32,067 nucleotides of DNA from the IMG/VR virus record IMGVR_UViG_3300001919_000084; one strand, given 5' to 3'. Every line of letters starts with the position of its first letter. Within the stretch, counting starts at the first letter, position 1. The translations under genes and the position numbers were made by a program. Positions 24,896 to 32,067 of the stretch are shown one piece after another. The DNA comes from a virus. Lineage: Duplodnaviria; Heunggongvirae; Uroviricota; Caudoviricetes. The notes beneath the pieces are model-generated. The model saw only the letters and a list, made by a program, of their open reading frames with translations. It searched no databases and was not told where the DNA came from.

Positions 24896-25230
24896 CATTT
24901 GACGAAATCGATCACCCTATCCTGAACTTCAGAAAGAAGGTCTTTTTCACGCGCCAGGACGTCAGGATATTGACGTTCTGGCCTTACCAGATGCCGGAGC
25001 TTCCCATTAAGCAGAATGGCCTCAGAAAACACTTTTACGCTGTGCTTTATCCCCTCTGTTTCACTTTTCAGCGTCAAAATAAAGCGCAATTGCTTATTAG
25101 CCTGATTCAGATTCAATACACGAATTTGCAGTTCGTCTATGCTGTTTCGCAATGGGATTGATGCCACCACACTGGTGCAGTCTCTGATTGTCTGAATTGA
25201 ACGGCTAACATTGAGAACGTTGTTGTGCAT
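24880..25230 (-). CDS. hypothetical protein (116 aa), weakly supported
   Basis: Minus-strand ORF convergent with 24611-24895; balanced composition but no convincing SD before the ATG at 25230. Confidence 0.3.
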   Translation of the reverse strand: MHNNVLNVSRSIQTIRDCTSVVASIPLRNSIDELQIRVLNLNQANKQLRFILTLKSETEGIKHSVKVFSEAILLNGKLRHLVRPERQYPDVLAREKDLLSEVQDRVIDFVKCYPLH

Positions 25231-25262
25231 GTGCCCGATCCACTAACTCCTGGAGGTTTCTT

Positions 25263-25409
25263 GTGTCAGATCGAAATATAGCAGCTAAAAGCCAGGAAGA
25301 GCGAGACAAGGTGAACGTAGACCTTGCCGCCAGCGGTGTTGCTTACAAACCCCGCTTTCACAAACTATGCCTTTTCAATGTATACTGTATGAATAAACAG
25401 TATCATTGA
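25263..25409 (+). pseudogene. hot/holE-like (DNA polymerase III theta homolog) truncated remnant
   Basis: GGAGG 6 nt upstream of GTG; [32 protein letters not shown] matches the HolE N-terminal region ([20 protein letters not shown] as I recall it), then diverges and stops after 48 codons; the 3' end overlaps the LexA box. Confidence 0.4.
25383..25402. promoter_or_regulatory. LexA box (SOS operator) upstream of humD
   Basis: tactgtatgaataaacagta fits CTGT-N8-ACAG with AT-rich centre; 19 bp upstream of the humD ATG; TATACT -10-like hexamer at 25381-25386 overlaps it. Confidence 0.65.
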
Positions 25410-25420
25410 GGTAAAACGCT

Positions 25421-25810
25421 ATGGGCTTCCCTTCTCCTGCGGCGGATTATGTTGAAAGCCGAATTTCTCTTGATCAACAACTAATCAGGCATCCATCAGC
25501 AACCTACTTCATGCGGGCAGCTGATAGCCATCACCGTGAGGGAATATTGCAGGGTGCTTTGCTGGTGGTTGATTCTTCGCTTACTCCAGTTGATGGTTCG
25601 CTGCTTGTGTGCGCTATGGAGGGTGAATATCGCATAAAGAGATACAGGAAGTATCCGCGCCAGCACCTGGAGGATTTAAGCACCGGGAAGAAAGAGGCGT
25701 TACCAGTAGATGACGATGGATACACGGGCAGTAATGCTGTTTTTGGTGTGATCACCCACATTATCAATGACGCCAGGGGCGGTGAATTTGATGATAGTCC
25801 TGCTATATGA
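25421..25810 (+). CDS. humD: HumD (UmuD'-like SOS mutagenesis protein homolog)
   Basis: 129 aa beginning MGFPSPAADYVESRISLDQQLIRHPSATYF, which matches the UmuD GFPSPAADYVE region; begins at the position equivalent to processed UmuD'. Confidence 0.8.
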   Translation: MGFPSPAADYVESRISLDQQLIRHPSATYFMRAADSHHREGILQGALLVVDSSLTPVDGSLLVCAMEGEYRIKRYRKYPRQHLEDLSTGKKEALPVDDDGYTGSNAVFGVITHIINDARGGEFDDSPAI

Positions 25811-25944
25811 TTTGTTTTCAGAGAAACCATAGAGAGGCATGACTGGATCTATATCGCCCTGGCCATTTAAATGATTCCTCCCATTAGACGCGGTTACTCA
25901 CTTGAAGATAAGATGAGGTTATAATTCTCTTTTTAGGTACGCGA

Positions 25945-26367
25945 ATGAGTTCGTCTGCTTTTGTCACTGTTGTCACTGGAGTAAGCGTTTTTGTCCTAGG
26001 TCGACTCATCATCAAGGGGGTTGAGTCTTACATTTCATTCAAGGAACAGTTGGGGGAAATATCGCATCTGTTATTGTCTAACCAAGCAAAGCTATCGAAT
26101 CCCCGCTCTGACTTAAAACAAGAAATCATCCATGATTTGAAAGATGCGGCAGCACAGTTACGGGTGAAGTACGAACTATTACCTTTCTATATCAAAATGT
26201 TACACATCGGTTTTCGCCTTGTTCCATCAGAAACTGAAATTCGTAAAGCGGCGCAAGAATTGAATCTGATAGCCTCGATACATGACGGTAAAACCGGAGA
26301 GCTGCCATATGAGCACATAGCCAAGATTGGATTACTGCTCAGAATTCCAACCACTTATTCTGCTTAA
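25945..26367 (+). CDS. membrane-anchored protein of unknown function (accessory gene between humD and phd)
   Basis: 140 aa; N-terminal hydrophobic helix FVTVVTGVSVFVLGRLII; GC visibly lower than flanks; TATAAT at 25920-25925 upstream. Confidence 0.5.
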   Translation: MSSSAFVTVVTGVSVFVLGRLIIKGVESYISFKEQLGEISHLLLSNQAKLSNPRSDLKQEIIHDLKDAAAQLRVKYELLPFYIKMLHIGFRLVPSETEIRKAAQELNLIASIHDGKTGELPYEHIAKIGLLLRIPTTYSA

Positions 26368-26475
26368 TCCCAGCAATTGCAAGACTGCATCTCGAGGATT
26401 TAAGGCACCAAGAAGTGGTATTCAGCATCATTAAAACCTATAATTGCGTACACATAACGAGCACACGAGGTGTTT

Positions 26476-26697
26476 ATGCAATCCATTAACTTCCGTACCG
26501 CGCGCGGCAACCTTTCTGAAGTGCTCAACAATGTTGAAGCCGGGGAAGAGGTTGAAATCACCCGCAGAGGCCGTGAGCCAGCAGTAATTGTTAGCAAGGC
26601 TACTTTTGAAGCCTACAAAAAAGCGGCGCTGGATGCCGAATTTGCATCCCTGTTTGACACCCTGGACTCCACCAACAAGGAACTGGTTAACCGATAA
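26476..26697 (+). CDS. phd: Phd antitoxin (prevents host death)
   Basis: [73 protein letters not shown] matches P1 Phd as I recall it; GAGG upstream; the tool ORF starts at an upstream GTG; stop overlaps the doc ATG (TAATG). Confidence 0.9.
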
Positions 26698-27077
26698 TGA
26701 GGCATATATCACCGGAAGAACTTATTGCGCTTCATGATGCGAATATAAGCCGCTACGGTGGCCTGCCGGGAATGTCAGATCCGGGTAGGGCAGAGGCCAT
26801 TATCGGGAGAGTTCAGGCCAGAGTTGCCTACGAAGAGATCAGCGACCTTTTCGAAGTCTCCGCCACCTACCTGGTGGCTACAGCGAGAGGGCATATATTC
26901 AATGATGCCAATAAGCGTACCGCGCTAAACAGTGCGCTGCTATTTCTACGCCGTAACGGGGTGCAGGTATTTGATTCACCTGAACTGGCAGACCTTACTG
27001 TAGGCGCTGCGACTGGCGAGATATCTGTATCTTCTGTCGCCGACACGTTACGTAGATTGTATGGTTCTGCGGAGTAG
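26697..27077 (+). CDS. doc: Doc toxin (death on curing; Fic-fold kinase)
   Basis: 126 aa; [39 protein letters not shown]...[23 protein letters not shown] matches P1 Doc as I recall it. Confidence 0.9.
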
Positions 27078-27081
27078 ATTA

Positions 27082-27279
27082 ATGGCACGTAAATACAACA
27101 AGTTGTCCCGTGAAGCGTTAAAGATGCTTCTTGATGGCGTGAGTCGCCGCGAGGTAAAGCAATACCTGGTTGGTAAGCAAATTGGTGCCAGGACCGCTAT
27201 TGCTGTGTTATGCCGTCAGGAAATGGTTGTGCTTAAACAGAGAATGCTTGGTAGCAGACAAAGTGCTTCCAGTATTTGA
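27082..27279 (+). CDS. small basic protein (65 aa)
   Basis: ORF 27061-27279 trimmed to ATG at 27082 with GGAG 7 nt upstream; immediately follows doc and precedes a terminator. Confidence 0.45.
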   Translation: MARKYNKLSREALKMLLDGVSRREVKQYLVGKQIGARTAIAVLCRQEMVVLKQRMLGSRQSASSI

Positions 27280-27284
27280 AAAGA

Positions 27285-27310
27285 AGCCCGCCATACCAAG
27301 CGGGCTTTTT
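27285..27310. terminator. bidirectional rho-independent terminator
   Basis: Stem agcccgc / gcgggct with loop cataccaa, then T5; between convergent genes. Confidence 0.6.
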
Positions 27311-27311
27311 G

Positions 27312-28088
27312 TTATTTCACCTCTTCTGCCGCTGTATCATTGGACTGTTCTTCTTTGGCCCGTTCTGCAATCGCAGCACGGCATTTCGCCCTGGCTGTAG
27401 CGATTGCTTCTGCTCGCACATCGTCTGGAATCGTTGACGTGATATACATATCCAGTTCTTCGGCACGGAATACTGTTTGGTCCAGATATTCGCGTAGCAT
27501 CCAAGTAAATTCGAAATCACACGCGATAATCTCTGCGCTACCTTCTGCACCATTTGGGAAATGAATAAATGCCTGTTTAGCCAAACCGATAACACGACAT
27601 GCGGTTGCCAAAACAGCGACAACCAGGTTTACATTTTCACACGCTACGGGCTGATTAACGCCGGAGATTACTCCATTTAACTGTCGGTTATATGGAAGGT
27701 AGTTTGAGATGCGTTCTACGCGCCATGTGCCAGTCAGGCTGCCATTCTTAAAGATAATTGGTGTAACGGATAGCCCAAGCTCGCGTATAAGTCGTTGCGC
27801 TATAGCAGGATCATTAAACATGTCTAATGCTACACATTCGAAAGACTGTGCAAGGGTAAACAGTTCTTCCAGAGAGTAGTCTTTGCCCCTGGCGGTGATG
27901 TAACGATGAACGCCGCTTTCTGCATCGCTCCATATAGCTACGCCATGCTCTTCATTCAGCTCTTCATTAAAGCCGAGATACGTCATGATAGTACGTTCAA
28001 TCGTGTCAAACGGCAGTGACATGTCGGCGTTAACAGCCACCAGCAGGCCATTACGCAAGCGGTATTGAATTGCTTTAGTATTTTCCAC
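27312..28088 (-). CDS. hypothetical protein (258 aa)
   Basis: GTG start 6 nt after the upstream stop; last gene of the leftward operon. Confidence 0.5.
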   Translation of the reverse strand: MENTKAIQYRLRNGLLVAVNADMSLPFDTIERTIMTYLGFNEELNEEHGVAIWSDAESGVHRYITARGKDYSLEELFTLAQSFECVALDMFNDPAIAQRLIRELGLSVTPIIFKNGSLTGTWRVERISNYLPYNRQLNGVISGVNQPVACENVNLVVAVLATACRVIGLAKQAFIHFPNGAEGSAEIIACDFEFTWMLREYLDQTVFRAEELDMYITSTIPDDVRAEAIATARAKCRAAIAERAKEEQSNDTAAEEVK

Positions 28089-28094
28089 GTTAAA

Positions 28095-28772
28095 TCACTC
28101 CACTACAAACCAGTCACATGCCAGTAAGTCGCCTACAGAAGGAACCCACGGAACAACTACACCTTGTGCATTTTTTAAGGCGAAATAAGCACCATACGGA
28201 ACGAGGTCGCCGGGGAAATATCCCTTAATGGCTTCCATTCGTGCCGGGTACTGTCCTTCAGGAACCAGCCAGCAGAATTGGTTTTCGCCGTTCCACCCGC
28301 GTCGAGCAACTTTCTTGCCATCCTTCAGCCACATCAGCGCGTCAGAAAAGTCGGCTGCTTCAAGGTCGATTTCTTCTTGCTGGGTGGTGATGCCACCAGC
28401 AGAAATAGTTACGCTCCCGGTAAGATTAATCATCACGCCGTTGTCATCCGTAATGATGACCGTGGTTCCATTTTTGGAGGCGTCGTTAACCAGGCCATAG
28501 CGTTCCTCAAATGGTTTCTCCGGGGCATAGAACAGATAACCGTTTTCATAAACGATCAGATACCCGCCAGTTTTTGGTCGGTGTTTTTGTAAAAACATTG
28601 CGTCAACACAAACTGTTGCCCCTTTTGGTTCAACGAGTTCGATGCAGCCCCAAAGTGGGGCATCAGTTACTCCGAAAATAACAACATTTTTGATTTTCGA
28701 TGCACTAACGTTTTTGTGAGCTTTGTATTTGGGAAGGAACTTAAAAAGCTCTTTCGTTGCCATGTTATTCAT
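28095..28772 (-). CDS. hypothetical protein with C-terminal DUF2829-like domain
   Basis: 225 aa; C-terminal FSDALMWLKDGKKVARRGWNGENQFCWLV resembles the DUF2829 motif (W..G..V.R.GW). Confidence 0.5.
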   Translation of the reverse strand: MNNMATKELFKFLPKYKAHKNVSASKIKNVVIFGVTDAPLWGCIELVEPKGATVCVDAMFLQKHRPKTGGYLIVYENGYLFYAPEKPFEERYGLVNDASKNGTTVIITDDNGVMINLTGSVTISAGGITTQQEEIDLEAADFSDALMWLKDGKKVARRGWNGENQFCWLVPEGQYPARMEAIKGYFPGDLVPYGAYFALKNAQGVVVPWVPSVGDLLACDWFVVE

Positions 28773-28786
28773 AGTCTTTTCTCTGC

Positions 28787-29281
28787 TTATAACTTTTCGT
28801 ACTGAAGCGGTGAACGCTTAATTTCAAAGTGGCCTTCCGATGTGCTACCAAAGCCACCAGCACCACGTTCCGTTTCGTTGAGTTCCTCAACCTCGACTAG
28901 TGAGACTTGTTCAACTCGTTCAAAAATTCCTTGCATGACAGCCATTCCAGGCTTGAGACAAACGCCTTCCCCGCCGGGATCAGTAATCAGTTTTGCCATG
29001 ATTTCGCCGCGATAATCGGAGTCGATAATTCCTACGCAGTTAGCCAGGCGAGTATGTTTTTTGCAGCCCAATCCGGATCGCGGATAGAGTTTCAGACACC
29101 AGCCGGGCGGGATCTCCATAGCCAGTCCGGTATACACCCACCAGCTTGAGGAAATTGCACCATTGCTATCGACGCATGGTTTTATTTCAACAGCCTCAAA
29201 ATCCATCGCCGCCGATCCGGAGGTGGCATAAGCTGGAAGTTTTGCTGCCGGATGTAGGCGTTTCACTTTTACGTAAATCAT
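28787..29281 (-). CDS. dut: dUTP diphosphatase (dUTPase)-like
   Basis: 164 aa; LPAYATSGSAAMD, PRSGLG, IDSDYRGEI and RGAGGFGST match dUTPase motifs; ATGA overlap with the upstream gene. Confidence 0.75.
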   Translation of the reverse strand: MIYVKVKRLHPAAKLPAYATSGSAAMDFEAVEIKPCVDSNGAISSSWWVYTGLAMEIPPGWCLKLYPRSGLGCKKHTRLANCVGIIDSDYRGEIMAKLITDPGGEGVCLKPGMAVMQGIFERVEQVSLVEVEELNETERGAGGFGSTSEGHFEIKRSPLQYEKL

Positions 29282-29754
29282 TGTTTTTTAGCTCTCTGCG
29301 TGAAGGTGTAAACCCGACGTTTGATATGTGGAACGGTAGGAACAGGAAGACAGGAACTTTCAATAACTCCTTGCTCCTCCAGCGATCGCACCGCCCGCAA
29401 GAACTGCGACGTGTCGCCGCCAAACTGGCGGGCATAGGTGCTGCCGTTATGAAGTATTTGAGCTATTACCCGAGCTTTTGTCTGGCTGTCACGATATGCG
29501 AATAGCCGCACGGCCTCTTCTGGCGCAATCGCTAACTGATAGCCTTTCCCGGCACGGTGTCGAATGAATCCATGCGCCAGTAGGTTTTTGAGTTCGTTAC
29601 GAGTGCGAACAGATCCGTAATCCAGGAAGTGTGGATTGATAACGACTGGCTTAAACCATTCCGTAGGTGCTTTAGCTAATAGAGCTAACAGCTTCCCGGA
29701 TAATTCTGGATAGGAAGACGGGTAACAATTCAGAGATGTGTAATAAGTTTTCAC
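29278..29754 (-). CDS. hypothetical protein, possible winged-helix DNA-binding
   Basis: 158 aa, GTG start overlapping the upstream stop; central segment RVIAQILHNGSTYARQFGGDTSQFLRAVRSLEEQGVIES. Confidence 0.45.
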   Translation of the reverse strand: MKTYYTSLNCYPSSYPELSGKLLALLAKAPTEWFKPVVINPHFLDYGSVRTRNELKNLLAHGFIRHRAGKGYQLAIAPEEAVRLFAYRDSQTKARVIAQILHNGSTYARQFGGDTSQFLRAVRSLEEQGVIESSCLPVPTVPHIKRRVYTFTQRAKKQ

Positions 29755-30095
29755 CGACGCCCCCTTGCAGGATAGCGACCTGCATTAGTATCCGGTGCAA
29801 TAAAGCCGGTAGTGGGGCGAGTGAAAGCGAGATTAATCTTCTCGACCATAGTGCGATAATTTTCCTGATAGTGGGCCAGGAGTTTTTCGGCGGCAATGAT
29901 GGTTACTTTCCGGACGTAGCTTTCTGCTTCCTCCAGATTTCGCCAGTTTTTTTCGAGGGTAAACACAGGGACGGCCTCAAGCCCGGTCATGATGCCGAAC
30001 ACAACGACAGCATGACTGTTCTTAACACCAGCGGCGAAGGTTACGGTGTAACCATCCACCTTAAAGCGTCTTGATTCCGTGATTTGACTCTGCAA
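29751..30095 (-). CDS. hypothetical protein (114 aa)
   Basis: TTG start per the ORF track; first gene after the intergenic region that carries a TGTTAGA half-site. Confidence 0.4.
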   Translation of the reverse strand: MQSQITESRRFKVDGYTVTFAAGVKNSHAVVVFGIMTGLEAVPVFTLEKNWRNLEEAESYVRKVTIIAAEKLLAHYQENYRTMVEKINLAFTRPTTGFIAPDTNAGRYPARGRR

Positions 30096-30168
30096 AGCAC
30101 CCTCCGAAATAGGCGAGGGTACTTTACAGCAAAGATAACAATCTAAAAAGATGTGTTAGAAATTTAAT

Positions 30169-31197
30169 TTATGAATCCATCAGGCGGCTATTAGCCCCCA
30201 CAGACACGCCGCCACGGCGCAGATACCGCATAAGTGTTTCCGGTTTCTTCCAGGTTCCTTCCTGCATGATCTCCACCATAGACACCTGCTTTTCTGCCAT
30301 ATCGATAGCAGCCCCGACACGAGCACTATGCCCGGTCCACGTCCGGTATCTCCCCTTGTTTGGAGTGGCATCTCTTTTATTCAGCAACACCCAGGCGTCA
30401 CTAAATATTTTCTCCATTGCAGGTGCAGTAAGGGGCGTTGTCGTAATCCTGGCCTTATTGCTACGGTGTATCGGCGGGAACAGCACCGCGTCAGGATGTT
30501 CACGAAGCCCGGAAACATCCAGCCAGTCATTCAGCACAGCAGTAGTGCGACGGGAAAGCACCTTATCAAGCCCGGCGGCGGTCGTTATTGTCTTCGTGTG
30601 TGAAATATGTAGCGTGACAGTGTCACCTGTTTGGTCCAGATCTCCTACACGAATACGCGAGATTTCAGACATGCGCATCAGCGTATTGTATGCAACAAAG
30701 AGAAAAGCCCGGTTGCGCAGGTCCACCAGCCGTTCTGACCTGGACAACAGGACGTCGAGCAGTTTCAGATCGTCCCACCGCAGCGGTATAGCCTGGCCTG
30801 TTCGTTCGCCTTTTTCCGTTGCCGCTTCACGCCGGATGCGCCGCATAGCCAGAGAAACACTTTTATCATCCGAAAGTGGCGGAAGGCCACAATGCGAAAG
30901 CAGCATGTTCAGCATGGCGTAGTGCTTATCAATGGTGGTCGAAGCCAGATCAGCATCATGCAGCTGAAGAAAATACTCGCGGGCCATCTCTGGAGAGATC
31001 GGGAACCAGGCGAGCTGGCGAGCGTGACACCATCTCGCCCAGGAGTGAAACACTAACCGGAGATCGCGCAAAGTATTAGGCGCGTAAGCCCCCTGGTCAT
31101 TCATGAACCGCATAAAGTTTTCTGCGGCCTCCTGGTACTCTTTGCCAATGTTGCGCAGAAAACCACTGGAGCTGCCAGAGATAATTAATTCACTCAT
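30169..31197 (-). CDS. Cre-family tyrosine site-specific recombinase
   Basis: 342 aa; aligns over the full length with P1 Cre as I recall it: WFPISPEMAREYFLQL / WFPAEPEDVRDYLLYL, LNML, GLPPLSDDKSVSLAMRRIRRE / GLPRPSDSNAVSLVMRRIRKE, LRNRAFLFVAYNTLMRMSEISRIRV / IRNLAFLGIAYNTLLRIAEIARIRV, HSARVGAAIDMA / HSARVGAARDMA, and a C-terminal RYLR tyrosine. Confidence 0.85.
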   Translation of the reverse strand: MSELIISGSSSGFLRNIGKEYQEAAENFMRFMNDQGAYAPNTLRDLRLVFHSWARWCHARQLAWFPISPEMAREYFLQLHDADLASTTIDKHYAMLNMLLSHCGLPPLSDDKSVSLAMRRIRREAATEKGERTGQAIPLRWDDLKLLDVLLSRSERLVDLRNRAFLFVAYNTLMRMSEISRIRVGDLDQTGDTVTLHISHTKTITTAAGLDKVLSRRTTAVLNDWLDVSGLREHPDAVLFPPIHRSNKARITTTPLTAPAMEKIFSDAWVLLNKRDATPNKGRYRTWTGHSARVGAAIDMAEKQVSMVEIMQEGTWKKPETLMRYLRRGGVSVGANSRLMDS

Positions 31198-31348
31198 GAA
31201 ACTATTTAACCTCTATATACAGATGACGCTACGCGAAAAATATAAAAATGACAGGGTAGCTATAAGTTAATTTTCAAGATTCAAACCTTTGATTCGAGGC
31301 ACGTATTTTCAGTGATGTCAACACTGATCATCCACCCATGATTATAGC

Positions 31349-31382
31349 TTAACTTTAAATAATGCCAATTATTTAAAGTTAT
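31349..31382. other. lox-like 34-bp recombination site candidate
   Basis: TTAACTTTAAATA-ATGCCAAT-TATTTAAAGTTAT: 13-bp inverted arms with an 8-bp asymmetric spacer (also readable as 14-bp arms plus a 4-bp core), about 150 bp upstream of the recombinase gene. Arms share ATAACTT...A/GTTAT with loxP. Confidence 0.55.
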
Positions 31383-31591
31383 AAAATGCCGATTTTTTTA
31401 AATCCATCATAGATTGATGATGACCAGTAACACGTTGCCTTCATGGTCTTTAATTTGCGAAGTGTGGTTTCTACGGTTGGTTTTCTAAAATTGATGACAA
31501 AAAATCACAGTTCGATCCTTTACTCACTCTGTTATTCGACATAAATTTGTCATAGTAATTTTATGTTAGAAAACTAAATCGAGTAGGAATA

Positions 31592-32067
31592 ATGAGTAAG
31601 AAGTCGATCGAGAAAGAGTACAAACGGTTCCTGCAAACCGCTGAACGGTGGAAAGAGCTGGTGGTCGCAAACTCTGTTTTCCATGATACCAGTTATGCTG
31701 GCGAGGAATTCCGCCATGTTGCATTAACGCATGACCAAAACATATTAGAAGAAGCTGAAAAATGTCTTGCTGAATGGAAAGCCTTCGTTGACATGTGCCG
31801 CGATGCCGACGGCAAAGCGTCGAACATTGTTGAGTCTGTATATTCTCCGATCCCATTCATCATTGAGGACACCAATCAAAGCACGCATGTCGTTGTGCAA
31901 AGCGCTACAACAACACGTACATTTACACGTGAACAATTGCTAAAAAAATACGACAAAATCATAAAGAAAAGCCTGAAAAATAGGGTTTTTTCTCAAATCG
32001 TAGGTGCTCTTGAAGAAGAACAGCGCTTCTTTGAAGCTGAGCCTGAAGGCGAGATCTACCGGGCGCG
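31592..32067 (+). CDS. hypothetical protein, 3' end outside window
   Basis: ATG at 31592 with AGGA upstream; open frame to the window edge (MSKKSIEKEYKRFLQTAERWKELVVANSVFHDTSYAGEEF...); preceded by the TGTTAGAAAACTAA motif at 31564-31577. Confidence 0.5.
   Translation, partial: MSKKSIEKEYKRFLQTAERWKELVVANSVFHDTSYAGEEFRHVALTHDQNILEEAEKCLAEWKAFVDMCRDADGKASNIVESVYSPIPFIIEDTNQSTHVVVQSATTTRTFTREQLLKKYDKIIKKSLKNRVFSQIVGALEEEQRFFEAEPEGEIYRA

Overview
The window opens with the 3' end of a glnS-like gene and its terminator (2-270), then runs about 31.8 kb through a densely packed, mosaic temperate-phage element that continues past the right edge. No rRNA, tRNA or CRISPR array was seen. Many genes are translationally coupled through ATGA/GTGA overlaps. 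Recognisable modules, left to right: a leftward operon of an RdgC-like protein and two DNA methyltransferases; a leftward 4-gene operon ending in a gpV/gp5-type spike-like protein; a higB-higA toxin-antitoxin pair; AT-rich membrane and secreted accessory genes; a Rha/Ant-like antirepressor operon with a structured leader; a Ref-like HNH protein; a long rightward array of Ea22-like coiled-coil paralogs with a ClpX-zinc-finger-like protein, a PPP phosphatase and an ASCH protein; a P1-type block (hot remnant, LexA box, humD, phd-doc); a leftward operon with a dUTPase; and a Cre-family recombinase with a 34-bp lox-like site upstream. The most interesting signals are the Cre/lox-like pair, a recurrent TGTTAGA-N16-TCTAACA inverted repeat at operon boundaries, the isolated spike-containing operon, and an AT-rich membrane protein beside the toxin-antitoxin pair. 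Two N-runs (18623-18637, 24284-24322) are assembly gaps. All protein calls rest on motifs recalled from memory, not database searches; motif coordinates were counted by hand and may be off by a base or two.
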